A stretch of DNA of 64,000 nt from a bacterium (GTDB lineage: Bacteria; Hinthialibacterota; Hinthialibacteria; Hinthialibacterales; Hinthialibacteraceae): positions 832,001-896,000 of the forward strand of contig CAXXMV010000008.1 of assembly GCA_963662285.2 (NCBI GenBank), written 5' to 3'. Each line of letters starts with the position of its first letter. Position 1 is the stretch's first letter. Of this stretch, positions 63,581 through 64,000 are shown piece after piece. The notes beneath the pieces are model-generated. The model was not told the DNA's origin, did no database searches, and saw nothing but the letters and a program-made list of their open reading frames with translations. The position numbers and the translations under genes are program-made.

Positions 63581-63714
63581 CAATGTCATTAAGTTAAGGA
63601 ATTTCACCCTATCGTTAGTGGCTTGATCAAGGGCTGGACACAATGCGGTCTTGCCCTTGGCGCCCATACTCTCCCGGCGGGAGAGGGGACAACTTGGCTA
63701 ACTTAATGACATTG
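63581..63714. mobile_element. 134-bp MITE with perfect 16-bp terminal inverted repeats and a degenerate 10-bp target duplication
   Basis: CAATGTCATTAAGTTA ... TAACTTAATGACATTG; flanks AGTTAGATGC and AGTTAGAGGG match 8/10. It sits inside an E-like hairpin repeat and carries A and F hairpins. Confidence 0.8.
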
Positions 63715-63828
63715 AGTTAGAGGGGGGTTGCGTCTCAACGAATCAACCCCCACCTAACCTCCCCCAGGCTTGGGGGAGGGATAACGCAATTCAATTGGCT
63801 GACCGGTTACATTTCGATTTTGCATGGA

Positions 63829-64000
63829 TTATTTCGTTGTTGCACGTTTATCTCCACCAATAGCTTCCAAAGGCCATTTGCGGGTTCGTAAAGCGGCCAA
63901 AATTATTTTTACCGCGCCATCAAGCGTTGTACTGGCCATGTTGATAACCATATCATAAGCCGCTGGATCCTCAATTTTTTGTTTGAAATAACGTTTGATA
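63829..64000 (-). CDS. C-terminus of a cytidylate-kinase-like family protein (partial)
   Basis: Hand translation: IKRYFKQKIEDPAAYDMVINMASTTLDGAVKII...*. Confidence 0.65.
   Translation of the reverse strand, partial: IKRYFKQKIEDPAAYDMVINMASTTLDGAVKIILAALRTRKWPLEAIGGDKRATTK

Overview
This 64-kb window is bacterial chromosome. It carries housekeeping genes (purF, mnmG, rsmD, rdgB, asnB, yhhQ), carbohydrate and surface-glycan genes (wecA, galM, neuA-neuC, DegT, glycosidases) and an Rrf2-DsrM/DsrK-like redox module followed by a PAS kinase and three stand-alone receivers. It also has a decaying cusCBA operon and one intact IS481. I saw no rRNA, tRNA or CRISPR. The most unusual features are: (1) many intergenic regions are mosaics of about 8 families of GTAG-led, REP-like hairpins with compensatory base changes. 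Two unannotated RAYT (HUH Y1 transposase) remnants are present, other elements nest inside these hairpins, and hairpins supply stop codons, enter a coding frame and truncate a gene. (2) A lone, intact terminase-large-subunit-like gene has no other phage genes nearby and is bracketed by inverted copies of these repeats. (3) A three-gene operon fuses a DUF318/ArsP-like metal permease to an HflK-type SPFH domain and follows it with its own hflC and hflK. All calls come from reading motifs by eye; no database searches were run.
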